From an uncultured Woeseiaceae bacterium (GTDB lineage Bacteria; Acidobacteriota; Vicinamibacteria; Vicinamibacterales; UBA823): a DNA stretch of 64,000 nucleotides. The stretch spans positions 5,270 to 69,269 of the forward strand of contig CAZMUA010000016.1 of assembly GCA_964569695.1 (NCBI GenBank). The letters run 5' to 3'. A program made the translations under genes and the position numbers. Below are positions 18,571 through 27,790 of this stretch, in pieces (the stretch's first letter is position 1; each line of letters starts with the position of its first letter). The notes under the pieces were generated by a model, which saw nothing but the letters and a program-made list of their open reading frames with translations, did no database searches and was not told where the DNA came from.

Positions 18571-19803
18571 ATGAATCGACGGACTTTACTCAAGACTGGC
18601 AGTATGGCGGCTCTAGGATTCGGTTTTGGTGGTTGTGCGGCCCCGAAACAGATGACAAACATCGCGTTGCCGTCACGGCGGCCCATGTTTTATCTACCAC
18701 CAATCCGAGCTTCTTGGGATCGCGTGATTCGTACAACGGTCGGTTTGCGCCCTCATCGGCCTACGGGGTTCAGGCTCGAGGCTGAGAAATTTGATGGCAA
18801 GACCGTCATTCATAATTACGGACATGGCGGGGCTGGTCTTTCGTTGTGTTGGGGGACTGGCGCCATGGCGGCTGATATGGCCTTGGACGCGATCAATGGC
18901 GATCGCAAAGTCGCGGTTCTCGGGTCTGGAGCTTTGGGCCTTGCTGCTACGCGACAGCTCCAACGTCGTGGTTGTGACGTGACGATTTATACGGCCGCAG
19001 TGCCGCCTCATACGACGTCGAATATGGCATACGGTGTGTTTTCACCGACATCAGGGCTTCTGTCGGCTCGACGTGCGTCAGCCTGGGAAGTGCAATTCCG
19101 TGAGGCGGTTGAGATTTCCTACCGTCAGCTTCAGTTGTTTGCGGGTGCCAACTACGGCGTCTCTTGGATGGATTCGTACGGCACGATGGAGGAGTTGCCC
19201 ACCTCAAGGAGACGAGCTGAACGCCCCCGTGATCCGGACGCGGAAGGATTGTTGCCTTCGTCTATAGCCAATCTGGAGGCCGGACGAGAGGTCCTTCACC
19301 CAGGCGAGCACCCATTTACGACGCCGTATGCCTCCCGACGGATCTCGATGCGAATTGAGCCGACGCTGTTTCTTGAAGCCATGCTCCGGGAAGTGCGTCT
19401 ATTCGGTGGGCGGACCGTGATCAGAAAGTTCGCGTCCCCGGGCGACCTCATGATGCTTAAAGAGTCAGTGATTGTTAACTGCACTGGCCTGGGCGCACGA
19501 GATATCTTTGCGGATCAAACGCTGCTTCCGTTTAAGGGACAATTGACGTTTCTGGTGCCGCAGCCTGAGGTGAACTACCAGTTTGGATGCATGCCACGGT
19601 CGGATGGCATTGCGCTCGGGAGTACCAGGGAGCGTGGTGTGTGGTCGATGGAGCCAGATTTAGAGGTCCAACAGCGGATTGTTGACCGCGCGATCAGCCG
19701 GTTTGCTCTTCTCCGCGAGCCGCAAGCGGGTAGTCGAATGGCAAGGACGCGCCCTTTACGCAGCACGCCCAGTGTCGAGAATTTTTTCGACCTGGAATCC
19801 TAA
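18571..19803 (+). CDS. Tat-exported FAD-dependent D-amino-acid-oxidase-like oxidoreductase, circularly permuted
   Basis: RBS GGAGGAG. Tat motif MNRRTLLK. VIHNYGHGGAGLSLCWG (normally C-terminal in DAAO) precedes the Rossmann segment KVAVLGSGALGLAATRQL. VIVNCTGLGARD...LPFKGQL follows. Confidence 0.8.
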   Translation: MNRRTLLKTGSMAALGFGFGGCAAPKQMTNIALPSRRPMFYLPPIRASWDRVIRTTVGLRPHRPTGFRLEAEKFDGKTVIHNYGHGGAGLSLCWGTGAMAADMALDAINGDRKVAVLGSGALGLAATRQLQRRGCDVTIYTAAVPPHTTSNMAYGVFSPTSGLLSARRASAWEVQFREAVEISYRQLQLFAGANYGVSWMDSYGTMEELPTSRRRAERPRDPDAEGLLPSSIANLEAGREVLHPGEHPFTTPYASRRISMRIEPTLFLEAMLREVRLFGGRTVIRKFASPGDLMMLKESVIVNCTGLGARDIFADQTLLPFKGQLTFLVPQPEVNYQFGCMPRSDGIALGSTRERGVWSMEPDLEVQQRIVDRAISRFALLREPQAGSRMARTRPLRSTPSVENFFDLES

Positions 19804-19823
19804 ACACTCTGGAGAGAATTGTA

Positions 19824-19859
19824 CAAAAATACGCCCGAGGGTTTTTCTCTCCCCGGGCG
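19824..19859 (-). terminator. Rho-independent terminator downstream of the PQQ dehydrogenase gene
   Basis: The minus-strand RNA reads CGCCCGGGG-AGAGAAAAA-CCC(U)CGGGCG followed by UAUUUUUG. This is a 9-bp GC-rich stem with one bulge and a U-tract. It lies between convergent genes. Confidence 0.55.
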
Positions 19860-19897
19860 CAGTGGTTCTATTTTGCACGGCAGCCGTCGTGATCGGC

Positions 19898-22024
19898 TCA
19901 GTGCGCTACAGCGTCTTGGACCAGACCCGGCAACCGTAGTGCTACGAGCGAACTTGGATACTGCTGACCGCCAATCTGGACAACGATATGCTGCACGCCG
20001 TGGTGCGCATAAGTCATCATCCCATATTGTCCCGTCGTTGGAATTTCAACCGTGCCCACTAGAGCTCCAGTCGTTTTATCAACGGCATGGAGGACCGGTT
20101 CACCTCGACGCCCGTCGGTCATGACAAGCAGGTCGCCAGCCACCATCGAAATTGCTGGCCCTCCACCACCAGTCCGGCCTTCATCACGGAGCCAATCACC
20201 TAAGCTCCTCCCGTCACCATTGTTGATGTTCTGAAGGGCGTCGTGGTTCCAGATTCGTTCGGGCGTAGCGCCGCTGGGAACCCACCAGAGGTGTTCCCCT
20301 GTATTCATGTCGACTGCTGTAATGCGGCTATATGGTGGCTTGAAAATCGGAAGTCCTTGAGGGCCCGTAAGTCGTCCACCAGGACCCGCAACCCAATCCA
20401 CGATCGTTACGCCGGTCGTCATTGGATTGTCAGGTTCGTCATTGTCAACGCCAGGAGCCACCGAACCCGCACTGCAACCCATATTTGACGAGACGTACAT
20501 AATGCCGGTCGTTGGATCCATTGAGACTGGATGCGTAATGTTCACGCCACCGCTACAACGCACATTCGCTTCGACTCCAACAGTATTGCCTTCATGCAAC
20601 CGTGGCATGTAGGGGCCACCAACGTTGTAGCGGCTCATGATTTCGAGCGCCTCGGCATGTAATTCCGGTGTGAAGTCGATCACGTTGTCTTCAGTCAAGC
20701 CAATCGGTTCCACCGGGTCGGGTTTTGTTGGGAACGGCTGTGTTGGTGAGGTCCAGTTACCTGGCACCACGGTCTCGGGAACCTCACGCTCTTCAATTGG
20801 CCAGATGGGTTCCCCGGTTTCCCGGTTGAAGGCGAATATCAACCCCTGTTTCGTATTCTGGATCACGGCGGGAACCTGCTCGCCATCCACTGTGAGGTCA
20901 GCCACAATCGGGACGTTAGGGAGGTCGTAGTTCCACTGATCATTATGAACGGTTTGGAAGTGCCACACTCGCTCGCCTGTCTGGACATCGAGCGCAATAA
21001 CGCTTGTGCCGTACAGATTGTCTCCAGGTCGATGACCACCGTAGTAGTCAATGGTTGGCGGATTAGTCGGGATAAAGACGAGCCCACGTTCTTCATCGGC
21101 CGACAATGGGGCCCAGGAGGAAACATCCCCAGTGTACTGCCAAGCATCATTTAACCAGGTGTCGTGTCCGAATTCACCCGGTCGTGGAATGACGTGGAAT
21201 TTCCAGAGGTGTTCACCAGTTGCTGCATCATATCCAAGGATATCGCCAGGTACGTTTTCCGCACGAGTTTGGTTGTAGCCTTGTTCCGCTGAATTACCTA
21301 CAACAACAACGCCATTCACCACAATAGCTGGAGAGGAGCTTGTGATATAGCCGAGGTCTTTCGGAATACCGTAGTCTGGGTCGAAAGGCTGGTTATAAGC
21401 TTGCCAAGGTCCCCAATCTTCCAACAGGTCCGGTAAGAGGTCGACGACACCTGTTTTGGGAAAGCCCGGGAGTGGTACAGCTTGTCCCCAGTTTTCCAAG
21501 TGTGCACCCGTTTTGGCGTCAAGGGCGTGGAGGAAAAAAGCTGGGGTAATCACATAGATGATTCCGCGACCATTAATTTCGTTATAGGCCACACCCTTGC
21601 CGTAGCTGGCTCGCATCGAGCGCTCCCACCGCTTGGTGCTGGGTTCACGGTAGGTCCAGAGTGTCTCTCCTGTACTGGGCTCGATCGCCACCACCGTGCG
21701 ACGTTCACCGGCAACGGTGTACAGAAGGCCGTCGATGTAGGTTGGGGTAGATTTAGAAGTCGAGACTGGCGTTCGACCAAAGTTTCCACCCTCCCAAATC
21801 CAGGCCACTTCAAGGTCCTCGAAGTTATCGGCGTTAATTTGTGTCAAGGGGGAGTAGCGGGTTCCCCAGGCGTCGGCACTCTGGTATCGCCATTCCCCAT
21901 AGACGTTGCCACGGTCTGGTGCGACTTGCGCTAGGGCCAAATTAGACGTTACGACCAGAAGGCCTAGGCTCAGCACGGCATAAGAACAGGAGGGGCGCCA
22001 ACAGCGCGTCGGGCTTACACTCAT
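19898..22024 (-). CDS. Exported PQQ-dependent dehydrogenase (8-bladed beta-propeller quinoprotein family)
   Basis: Signal peptide present. N-terminal WRYQSADAWGTRYSPLTQINADNFEDLEVAW. Repeated W-containing propeller motifs. Length 708 aa. Confidence 0.85.
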   Translation of the reverse strand: MSVSPTRCWRPSCSYAVLSLGLLVVTSNLALAQVAPDRGNVYGEWRYQSADAWGTRYSPLTQINADNFEDLEVAWIWEGGNFGRTPVSTSKSTPTYIDGLLYTVAGERRTVVAIEPSTGETLWTYREPSTKRWERSMRASYGKGVAYNEINGRGIIYVITPAFFLHALDAKTGAHLENWGQAVPLPGFPKTGVVDLLPDLLEDWGPWQAYNQPFDPDYGIPKDLGYITSSSPAIVVNGVVVVGNSAEQGYNQTRAENVPGDILGYDAATGEHLWKFHVIPRPGEFGHDTWLNDAWQYTGDVSSWAPLSADEERGLVFIPTNPPTIDYYGGHRPGDNLYGTSVIALDVQTGERVWHFQTVHNDQWNYDLPNVPIVADLTVDGEQVPAVIQNTKQGLIFAFNRETGEPIWPIEEREVPETVVPGNWTSPTQPFPTKPDPVEPIGLTEDNVIDFTPELHAEALEIMSRYNVGGPYMPRLHEGNTVGVEANVRCSGGVNITHPVSMDPTTGIMYVSSNMGCSAGSVAPGVDNDEPDNPMTTGVTIVDWVAGPGGRLTGPQGLPIFKPPYSRITAVDMNTGEHLWWVPSGATPERIWNHDALQNINNGDGRSLGDWLRDEGRTGGGGPAISMVAGDLLVMTDGRRGEPVLHAVDKTTGALVGTVEIPTTGQYGMMTYAHHGVQHIVVQIGGQQYPSSLVALRLPGLVQDAVAH

Positions 22025-22066
22025 AATATTTCTCCCAAAGAAAACGATGGAACACTAAGTGTCGTG

Positions 22067-22075
22067 ATTATAGCA
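22067..22075 (-). promoter_or_regulatory. Extended -10 promoter element (TGCTATAAT) for the PQQ dehydrogenase gene
   Basis: A perfect TATAAT preceded by TGn on the minus strand. It lies about 40 nt upstream of the ATG at 22024 and is followed by the RBS GGGAGA. No good -35 element is present. Confidence 0.35.
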
Positions 22076-22213
22076 AGAGTCGAGAGGATGAGGTGCTAAT
22101 CATTCTCTTCCCTCTGCTTTTGTGGCTTATGTGTGGTGTTGGGACAACTTATGTGACTGTTTAAGAGACTTCACGTCGTCAGTGCGCGCTGCGCAGCACG
22201 CTTGTTGGTCACA

Positions 22214-22555
22214 TCATCGTGAGTGAGGTTCGGCCGATTGGATAATATCGTGCAGTTCAAAGACGTTGTCCCCAGCAAACATTTCTGGGGGCGGACGATC
22301 AGCATGTGCCGTCCGAAAATCTTCACTATCGGTCCAAGCGACGAAGTCTTCAACACGGTTCCAGTACGTCAGCACGACGTGGTAAGCGGAATGTCCCATG
22401 ACTCGGCCGTGCATTGTGACTTGGGTTGGTTTGAGAATCTCAAGTCGCATAAACCCGTTATGTCCTTCAACGAGTCCAGCTCGACTACGAAAGCGTTCAG
22501 CAAACGAAGCTTCTTGACCCGGTGCTACTGGAATTCGATTGGAAACGACAATCAT
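22214..22555 (-). CDS. Antibiotic-biosynthesis-monooxygenase (ABM/IsdG-like) domain protein
   Basis: 113 aa. Ferredoxin-like ABM pattern MIVVSNRIPV...F.ERF...GF..LEILKP...YHVVLTYW...DF..W. RBS AAAGGA. Confidence 0.7.
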   Translation of the reverse strand: MIVVSNRIPVAPGQEASFAERFRSRAGLVEGHNGFMRLEILKPTQVTMHGRVMGHSAYHVVLTYWNRVEDFVAWTDSEDFRTAHADRPPPEMFAGDNVFELHDIIQSAEPHSR

Positions 22556-22707
22556 GTGATCCTTTCAGTCTAGACGTGATTACGAACATTCGCGTTGCAG
22601 CAATGATGCGACAAATTCGGCACCCATACGGCGATTGATCAAAAGTTTATACTATCTTGGTAATAACCTTATGGTTGAGGCCTTTGTTGGTTTTGGTAGA
22701 GGGCGTT

Positions 22708-23787
22708 ATGCGACTTCACCACACAGGTCACCTCATCACAGTGGCCGTGCTGTTTGCTGCATGCAGTGGTAGTTCGGGCTCCAGTCCAATTGCGCCAAGT
22801 GCGACTACGAATCAAATTTCGACTCCTCTCACATTTGGCTCGCCGCAGTGGGTCCTCATTGGTCAGGTGCGCTCGTCCGTGACTACTCATCCCGTGACTA
22901 ATGCGCAGCTTACATTGACCACGCCAGCGCTTGGTGCCGTTACGGCATGGGACGGTGTATTCCGTCTGAAACACCCTGGCAACCCTGGAGGCGAGATTCC
23001 CTATGTGGAGTTTTCACGTGAAGGATTCCTGACGCGGAAGGTCTCGTTACCGTGGCTCCAAACAAATATCACTCCGTGGACGAACGTAGCCACGACGCAG
23101 GCGCTCACGATGATTGAAACCCTCGCACCATTTAATGACACGATGTGGCGTGATTTGATCTACGGTCAATTCGATTCACCCGACACCTTACAGTCGAGTT
23201 ATTCCAGACGATTGAATAACTTGAATCCAAATTTTTATATTCGACTAGGCAATGAGGCGGGACAACGTGTGGTCTCGGATATCGATCGGGATATGATTCG
23301 GAAGTACGTGCCGAAGATTGTGCCGCAAATCACCGGGCAACCATACACTGGCCGTATTGAAGAGGGTCTTACCGATCGTGATGAAATCGGATGGATCACT
23401 ATCGAGGTCCAAGATATCGATCAGAATATTTGCGGGAAGGCATATGTTGGGCGACCGAATGGACGCATCATCCTCAACCGGAATCAATCGAAGTGTCCTT
23501 CCCATGCAGCCATTTGGCGATGCAGTTCGAGTGACTATGTTCGTACCGAAACGCTGACGCATGAAATTGGACATGCTTTCGGTCTCCGTCATACTCGAGG
23601 TCGATACGACATTATGTGGCCGTATGCGAAAGCCACCTGCGACCGTTGGACTTTTAACGATCAAGAACAGTACCACGCTAACCTTGCCTATCAGAGGCCG
23701 CGCTATAGTCAATATCCCGATAGCGATCCTCAATCAGTGGTGTATCAAGCCACGACGGCCGGCAACTCAATTCTCGTTGTTAATTAA
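22708..23787 (+). CDS. Metzincin-type zinc metalloprotease lipoprotein (matrixin-like catalytic domain)
   Basis: ATG at 22708 with lipobox LFAACSG. Zinc motif HEIGHAFGLRH. Met-turn DIMWPY. Confidence 0.75.
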   Translation: MRLHHTGHLITVAVLFAACSGSSGSSPIAPSATTNQISTPLTFGSPQWVLIGQVRSSVTTHPVTNAQLTLTTPALGAVTAWDGVFRLKHPGNPGGEIPYVEFSREGFLTRKVSLPWLQTNITPWTNVATTQALTMIETLAPFNDTMWRDLIYGQFDSPDTLQSSYSRRLNNLNPNFYIRLGNEAGQRVVSDIDRDMIRKYVPKIVPQITGQPYTGRIEEGLTDRDEIGWITIEVQDIDQNICGKAYVGRPNGRIILNRNQSKCPSHAAIWRCSSSDYVRTETLTHEIGHAFGLRHTRGRYDIMWPYAKATCDRWTFNDQEQYHANLAYQRPRYSQYPDSDPQSVVYQATTAGNSILVVN

Positions 23788-23814
23788 TTACGATGCACAC
23801 ACCGGTGAAATGAT

Positions 23815-24579
23815 ATGCGTAAGCCTACTCCCTACTGCAGTGGCTTGGTAAGTGTCGCACTCATGACAGTGAGTGTTACGGTGTCTGCACAAGAGGTGAG
23901 TCCAGTTGTGGAGGCATCGTGGCTTCCCGCCGCAGATACGATATCTGATTTTCGTCCCTACCAACCTCTTGACGTTTCCAGGCAGGTTCGTTGGTGGCGT
24001 AATTCCTCAGCACGCATCCAACAGGATCCTTCAACGAAGCCGTCGTGTTCGGCCTGCGGTTTCGTCCTGGGTGTGGGCCTAGGCTTTGTCGCGCACGAGA
24101 GTGGTCATCTTCTCGCCAATGGAATATTGGGCACTGACGTATACTTCAAAAAGGTAACGGCTGCTGGGCTGCCGTTTTTCGCGATTGCCCACCGGGAAGT
24201 GTTATCACCGCGACAGGAATTCGTAGTGTCGTCAGCAGGTTTCTTAGCTCAGTTTGCGTCGGTTGAATGGGTGCTTACACGGACACCGGAAATGAGGGAT
24301 CGACCGGCTTCCGTGAGCAAGGGGGTGCTCGCGTTTCATCTTGGGACCTCGGCTATGTACGCCATCGCCGGCTTGGGACACTTAGGACCTTTGGAACGAG
24401 ACACACGGGGAATGGCGACGAGTCTTGGCATTGATGAACGGTGGGTCGGTGTCGCCGTGTTGGCTCCGGCGATGCTGGACACTTATCGATATTTTCGGCC
24501 TTCGTCAAAATGGGCGCGGTGGGCCAGTCGCATCTCCAAGATCGTAATTTTCATTCCTTTATTCACATCCTTATCATGA
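23815..24579 (+). CDS. Membrane protein of unknown function with an HExxH motif in a hydrophobic segment
   Basis: Signal peptide present. GFVAHESGHLLANG lies within a predicted TM region, and several more hydrophobic segments follow. I recognise no family. Confidence 0.4.
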   Translation: MRKPTPYCSGLVSVALMTVSVTVSAQEVSPVVEASWLPAADTISDFRPYQPLDVSRQVRWWRNSSARIQQDPSTKPSCSACGFVLGVGLGFVAHESGHLLANGILGTDVYFKKVTAAGLPFFAIAHREVLSPRQEFVVSSAGFLAQFASVEWVLTRTPEMRDRPASVSKGVLAFHLGTSAMYAIAGLGHLGPLERDTRGMATSLGIDERWVGVAVLAPAMLDTYRYFRPSSKWARWASRISKIVIFIPLFTSLS

Positions 24580-24624
24580 ACAGGTCGGAGTAGAATCGAG
24601 TCCTCTAGCAGGAACAGGTCTGGC

Positions 24625-26010
24625 ATGGCAGAACCATGGAGCGAAGTGACACGGCCCTCGGAATCGTCAGACGACGCTGACCGCACCGCATTGACTCGCG
24701 AGTTGTCGTTGTTCGATGCGCTCATGATCAATGTCGGGATCACACTGGGGTCAGCCATCTTCATTGTTCCGGCGATCATTATCGCGAACGTTGGGACGGC
24801 GTTTATGTCGGGCGTCGTGTGGATTATCGCCGGCGTGCTGTCCTGGTTTGGCGCAGTCACGTTTGCTGAATTGGCGGTGCTCTATCCACGTGCTGGAGGT
24901 GAGTATGTCTACTTAGAAAAGGCGTACACTCGCTTCTGGGGATTTTTGTACGGTTGGACTCTCTTCAGTGTCATTCAGACAGCGTCGATTGCCGCTGTGG
25001 CGGTCGCATTCATGACCTACTTCGATTACTTTGTCCCGATGAGTCCAACCATTCTTAATATGAGCGCCATCGGGTTGATTCTGATTCTCTCGATTTGGAA
25101 CTGTATTAGTCTCCGCACTAGTGCGAACACGCAAAATTCAACCACCGTTGCGAAGCTCGCACTGGTGGCGGTCATGGTCGCTTCGTGCTTTTGGTACGGT
25201 GGGGATGGTGTTAATGCGTTTCGTCAGATGGTTCCGACCGACCCGGCGACCCGCACCGTGGCCGGATTTGGCGCGGCGATGGTTGCGGCGCTCTGGGCCT
25301 TTGATGGGTGGGTCAGCGTCACGTTCGTCGGGGGCGAAGTGAAGGACCCCAGTCGGGCATTGCCACGCGCATTATCGTACTCGGCGCTCGGTTTGATCGG
25401 CATCTATCTACTAATCACGAATGGTTATATCTACGCACTGCCGGTTGGGGAGATGGCGCTCTCGGAACGGGTGGCCGCGGATGCTGTCGAGAATGTTTTC
25501 GGCAATGTTGGCGGTGGCCTCGTCTCACTGGCCGTTGTAGTTTCCTGCTTCGCTGCACTGAATGGGTTCATTTTTACTGGCGCCCGTGTGTACTACGCTA
25601 TGGCTCTTGATGGCGCGTTCTTCGGGTGGGCGGCAAAACTCAGCGCCCGCAAGATTCCGGTCTACGCCATTCTCGCCCAGGGTATCTGGGCAAGCGCCTT
25701 GGTCTTGACTGGGCGTTACGATCAACTGTTCACCTACGTCGTCTTTACGTCCTGGCTGTTTTATATGCTCGGAGCGTTTGGCGTCATCGTACTGCGATAC
25801 CGGGAACCACACCGGCCGCGACCTTATCGGGCGTTCGGCTATCCAGGAATCCCGATTTTCTTCGCCGTCTTTGCGGCGGCACTGTTGCTCCAGACGCTCT
25901 GGGACAATCCACGGGATTCGCTTATTGGGTTGGGGATCATGTTGATTGGAGTACCGGCGTACTACTATTGGACGCGGAACCCCGCCGGGCACGACCGGAT
26001 CAGTCCTTAA
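24625..26010 (+). CDS. APC-superfamily amino acid permease
   Basis: 12-TM pattern. N-terminal LSLFDALMINVGITLGSAIF...FAELAVLYPRAGGEYVY is typical of APC/LAT permeases. Confidence 0.85.
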   Translation: MAEPWSEVTRPSESSDDADRTALTRELSLFDALMINVGITLGSAIFIVPAIIIANVGTAFMSGVVWIIAGVLSWFGAVTFAELAVLYPRAGGEYVYLEKAYTRFWGFLYGWTLFSVIQTASIAAVAVAFMTYFDYFVPMSPTILNMSAIGLILILSIWNCISLRTSANTQNSTTVAKLALVAVMVASCFWYGGDGVNAFRQMVPTDPATRTVAGFGAAMVAALWAFDGWVSVTFVGGEVKDPSRALPRALSYSALGLIGIYLLITNGYIYALPVGEMALSERVAADAVENVFGNVGGGLVSLAVVVSCFAALNGFIFTGARVYYAMALDGAFFGWAAKLSARKIPVYAILAQGIWASALVLTGRYDQLFTYVVFTSWLFYMLGAFGVIVLRYREPHRPRPYRAFGYPGIPIFFAVFAAALLLQTLWDNPRDSLIGLGIMLIGVPAYYYWTRNPAGHDRISP

Positions 26011-26110
26011 TTGCGCAGAGCCTGGGGGCTTGAAACCGTTCCTTCTACAACTTGGTATCATGTCTGGGAACTCGGTCGCACCATAAAACTCGACTACGCT
26101 ACAAGAACCT

Positions 26111-27226
26111 ATGGACGTTAAGCCTCGTGACCCGATGCCGCCGGACGGCATAACACTGCCAGCCCGGTACTACACGGACCCCACGCTGTTCACAGCTGAG
26201 CTTGAGCGGTTTTTCCGCCGTATGTGGGTGTGTGTGGCTCGTACGGATGAGCTTCCGGAAGTTGGCAGTTACGTTCTCCGAGATCTAGCCGGCGAAAGTG
26301 TCATTGTCGTTCGCCATGCAGCGGATGGCATTTCTGCGTATCACAACATCTGCCGACATCGTGGCACAAGACTCTGCACGGACGCTGATGGACAGTTCGC
26401 CGGGCAGATCCAATGTCCGTATCACGCCTGGACCTATGACCTCGCCGGTCGCTTGGTTGGTGCGCCACACATGGAAGAGGTGCCACATTTCGAGAAGGCT
26501 GACTATCCGCTGCAGTCGCTCTCGGTGGCTTGCTGGGATGGCCATGTGTTTTTGCACCGGGCGACAGAGCCGGAGCCACTCGACCAACAGCTTGCCGGCT
26601 TGCTAGATAAATTTCGACCTTGGTGCATGGAGGACCTTCGACGTGGCACACGGATCACCTATGACGTCAAGGCCAACTGGAAACTGATTGTGCAGAACTA
26701 CAGTGAATGTCTCCACTGTCCGGTTATCCATCCTGAGCTCAGTCAGCTGTCCCATTACCTCAGTGGCGAGAATGAGCCATTGCAGCCCACCTATATGGGC
26801 GGGCGCATGGACTTTCGCGACGGGGTTGACACGCTGACGGGTGATGGAGTTCGACGACGTGCCTGTTTGCCAGCGCTCAGTCCAGAGGATCAACGCCGCG
26901 CATATTTTTATGCGGTGTTTCCCAATCTGTTACTCAGCTTGCATCCCGATTACATGCTCACTCACACGCTGTGGCCGCTTGCGTCGGATCAGACGCGGGT
27001 CATCTGCGAGTGGCACTTTCATCCTGACGAAATGTCGAAGTCGGACTTCGACCCGCACGACGCCGTCGACTTCTGGGACAAGACCAATCGGCAGGATTGG
27101 CGAGTCTCGGAACTGGCGCAAGAAGGAATTTCCTCACCCGCGTATTGTCCCGGTCCTTATTCCAATCGTGAAGATCTGCTGTACGCGTTCGATCGATTCA
27201 TCGTGCAAGGGCATGCCTCCGATTAG
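26111..27226 (+). CDS. Rieske [2Fe-2S] non-heme-iron oxygenase, alpha subunit
   Basis: Rieske motif CRHRGTRL...CPYHAW. Mononuclear iron motif NYSECLHCPVIHPEL (H-x4-H). Confidence 0.85.
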   Translation: MDVKPRDPMPPDGITLPARYYTDPTLFTAELERFFRRMWVCVARTDELPEVGSYVLRDLAGESVIVVRHAADGISAYHNICRHRGTRLCTDADGQFAGQIQCPYHAWTYDLAGRLVGAPHMEEVPHFEKADYPLQSLSVACWDGHVFLHRATEPEPLDQQLAGLLDKFRPWCMEDLRRGTRITYDVKANWKLIVQNYSECLHCPVIHPELSQLSHYLSGENEPLQPTYMGGRMDFRDGVDTLTGDGVRRRACLPALSPEDQRRAYFYAVFPNLLLSLHPDYMLTHTLWPLASDQTRVICEWHFHPDEMSKSDFDPHDAVDFWDKTNRQDWRVSELAQEGISSPAYCPGPYSNREDLLYAFDRFIVQGHASD

Positions 27227-27315
27227 GCCACAAGGTCGTTTGTCATGCTGGCGTGGCATACTATCGACGGTCGCAGTCAGGCCGTGGGTCCGCGACACAG
27301 AAAGGATGTGGCAGG

Positions 27316-27780
27316 ATGACCGAAGCGATTGATCAGTTGGTGGCACGGTACGACTCAAGACAGTTAACGCGGCGGCAGTTGGTACAGGCTCTTGGCGTCT
27401 TGGTTGCGGCCAGCCGACCAGCGTCGGCCAAGCAGTCACCCTTCCAGGGCGTCTCGCTGAATCACACTTCACTGGCCGTGTCTGATGTCGCTCGTGCCCA
27501 GGCGTTTTATCAGGATTTACTGGGTCTTGATGTGGTGAGCCGACAGGCAAACGGCGTGAATCTCGGTCTTGGAAGTAGTTTTCTGGGGTTGTATCAGATC
27601 GACCCACCTGGACATACGCATCATTGCTGTATTGGTGTCGAGGATTTCGATCTTGAACAGGCGGCGGACACGCTACGCGAGCACGACCTGGAACCCTCTT
27701 TCAATCGCGGTGTGGAAGTGTATTTCAGGGACCCGGATGGAACGCTGGTACAACTCGCGGCCAAGGATTATCGGGGATAG
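27316..27780 (+). CDS. Tat-signal VOC-family (glyoxalase/bleomycin-resistance/dioxygenase) protein
   Basis: ATG at 27316. LTRRQLVQALGVLVAASRPASA. VOC pattern LNHTSLAVSDVARAQAFYQDLLGL...HHCCIGVEDF...YFRDPDG. Confidence 0.7.
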   Translation: MTEAIDQLVARYDSRQLTRRQLVQALGVLVAASRPASAKQSPFQGVSLNHTSLAVSDVARAQAFYQDLLGLDVVSRQANGVNLGLGSSFLGLYQIDPPGHTHHCCIGVEDFDLEQAADTLREHDLEPSFNRGVEVYFRDPDGTLVQLAAKDYRG

Positions 27781-27790
27781 GTGATAGGCG

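Noticed and set aside
22182-22199. GC-rich quasi-palindrome gtgcgcgctgcgcagcac downstream of the ABM gene, considered as a terminator
   Set aside because: The pairing is imperfect (only 4-bp outer arms or a 1-nt loop) and no U-tract follows on the minus strand.
25525-26151. 208-aa minus-strand ORF
   Set aside because: It is antisense to the APC permease gene. It is Arg/Pro-rich, as is typical of the reverse frame of GC-rich coding DNA.
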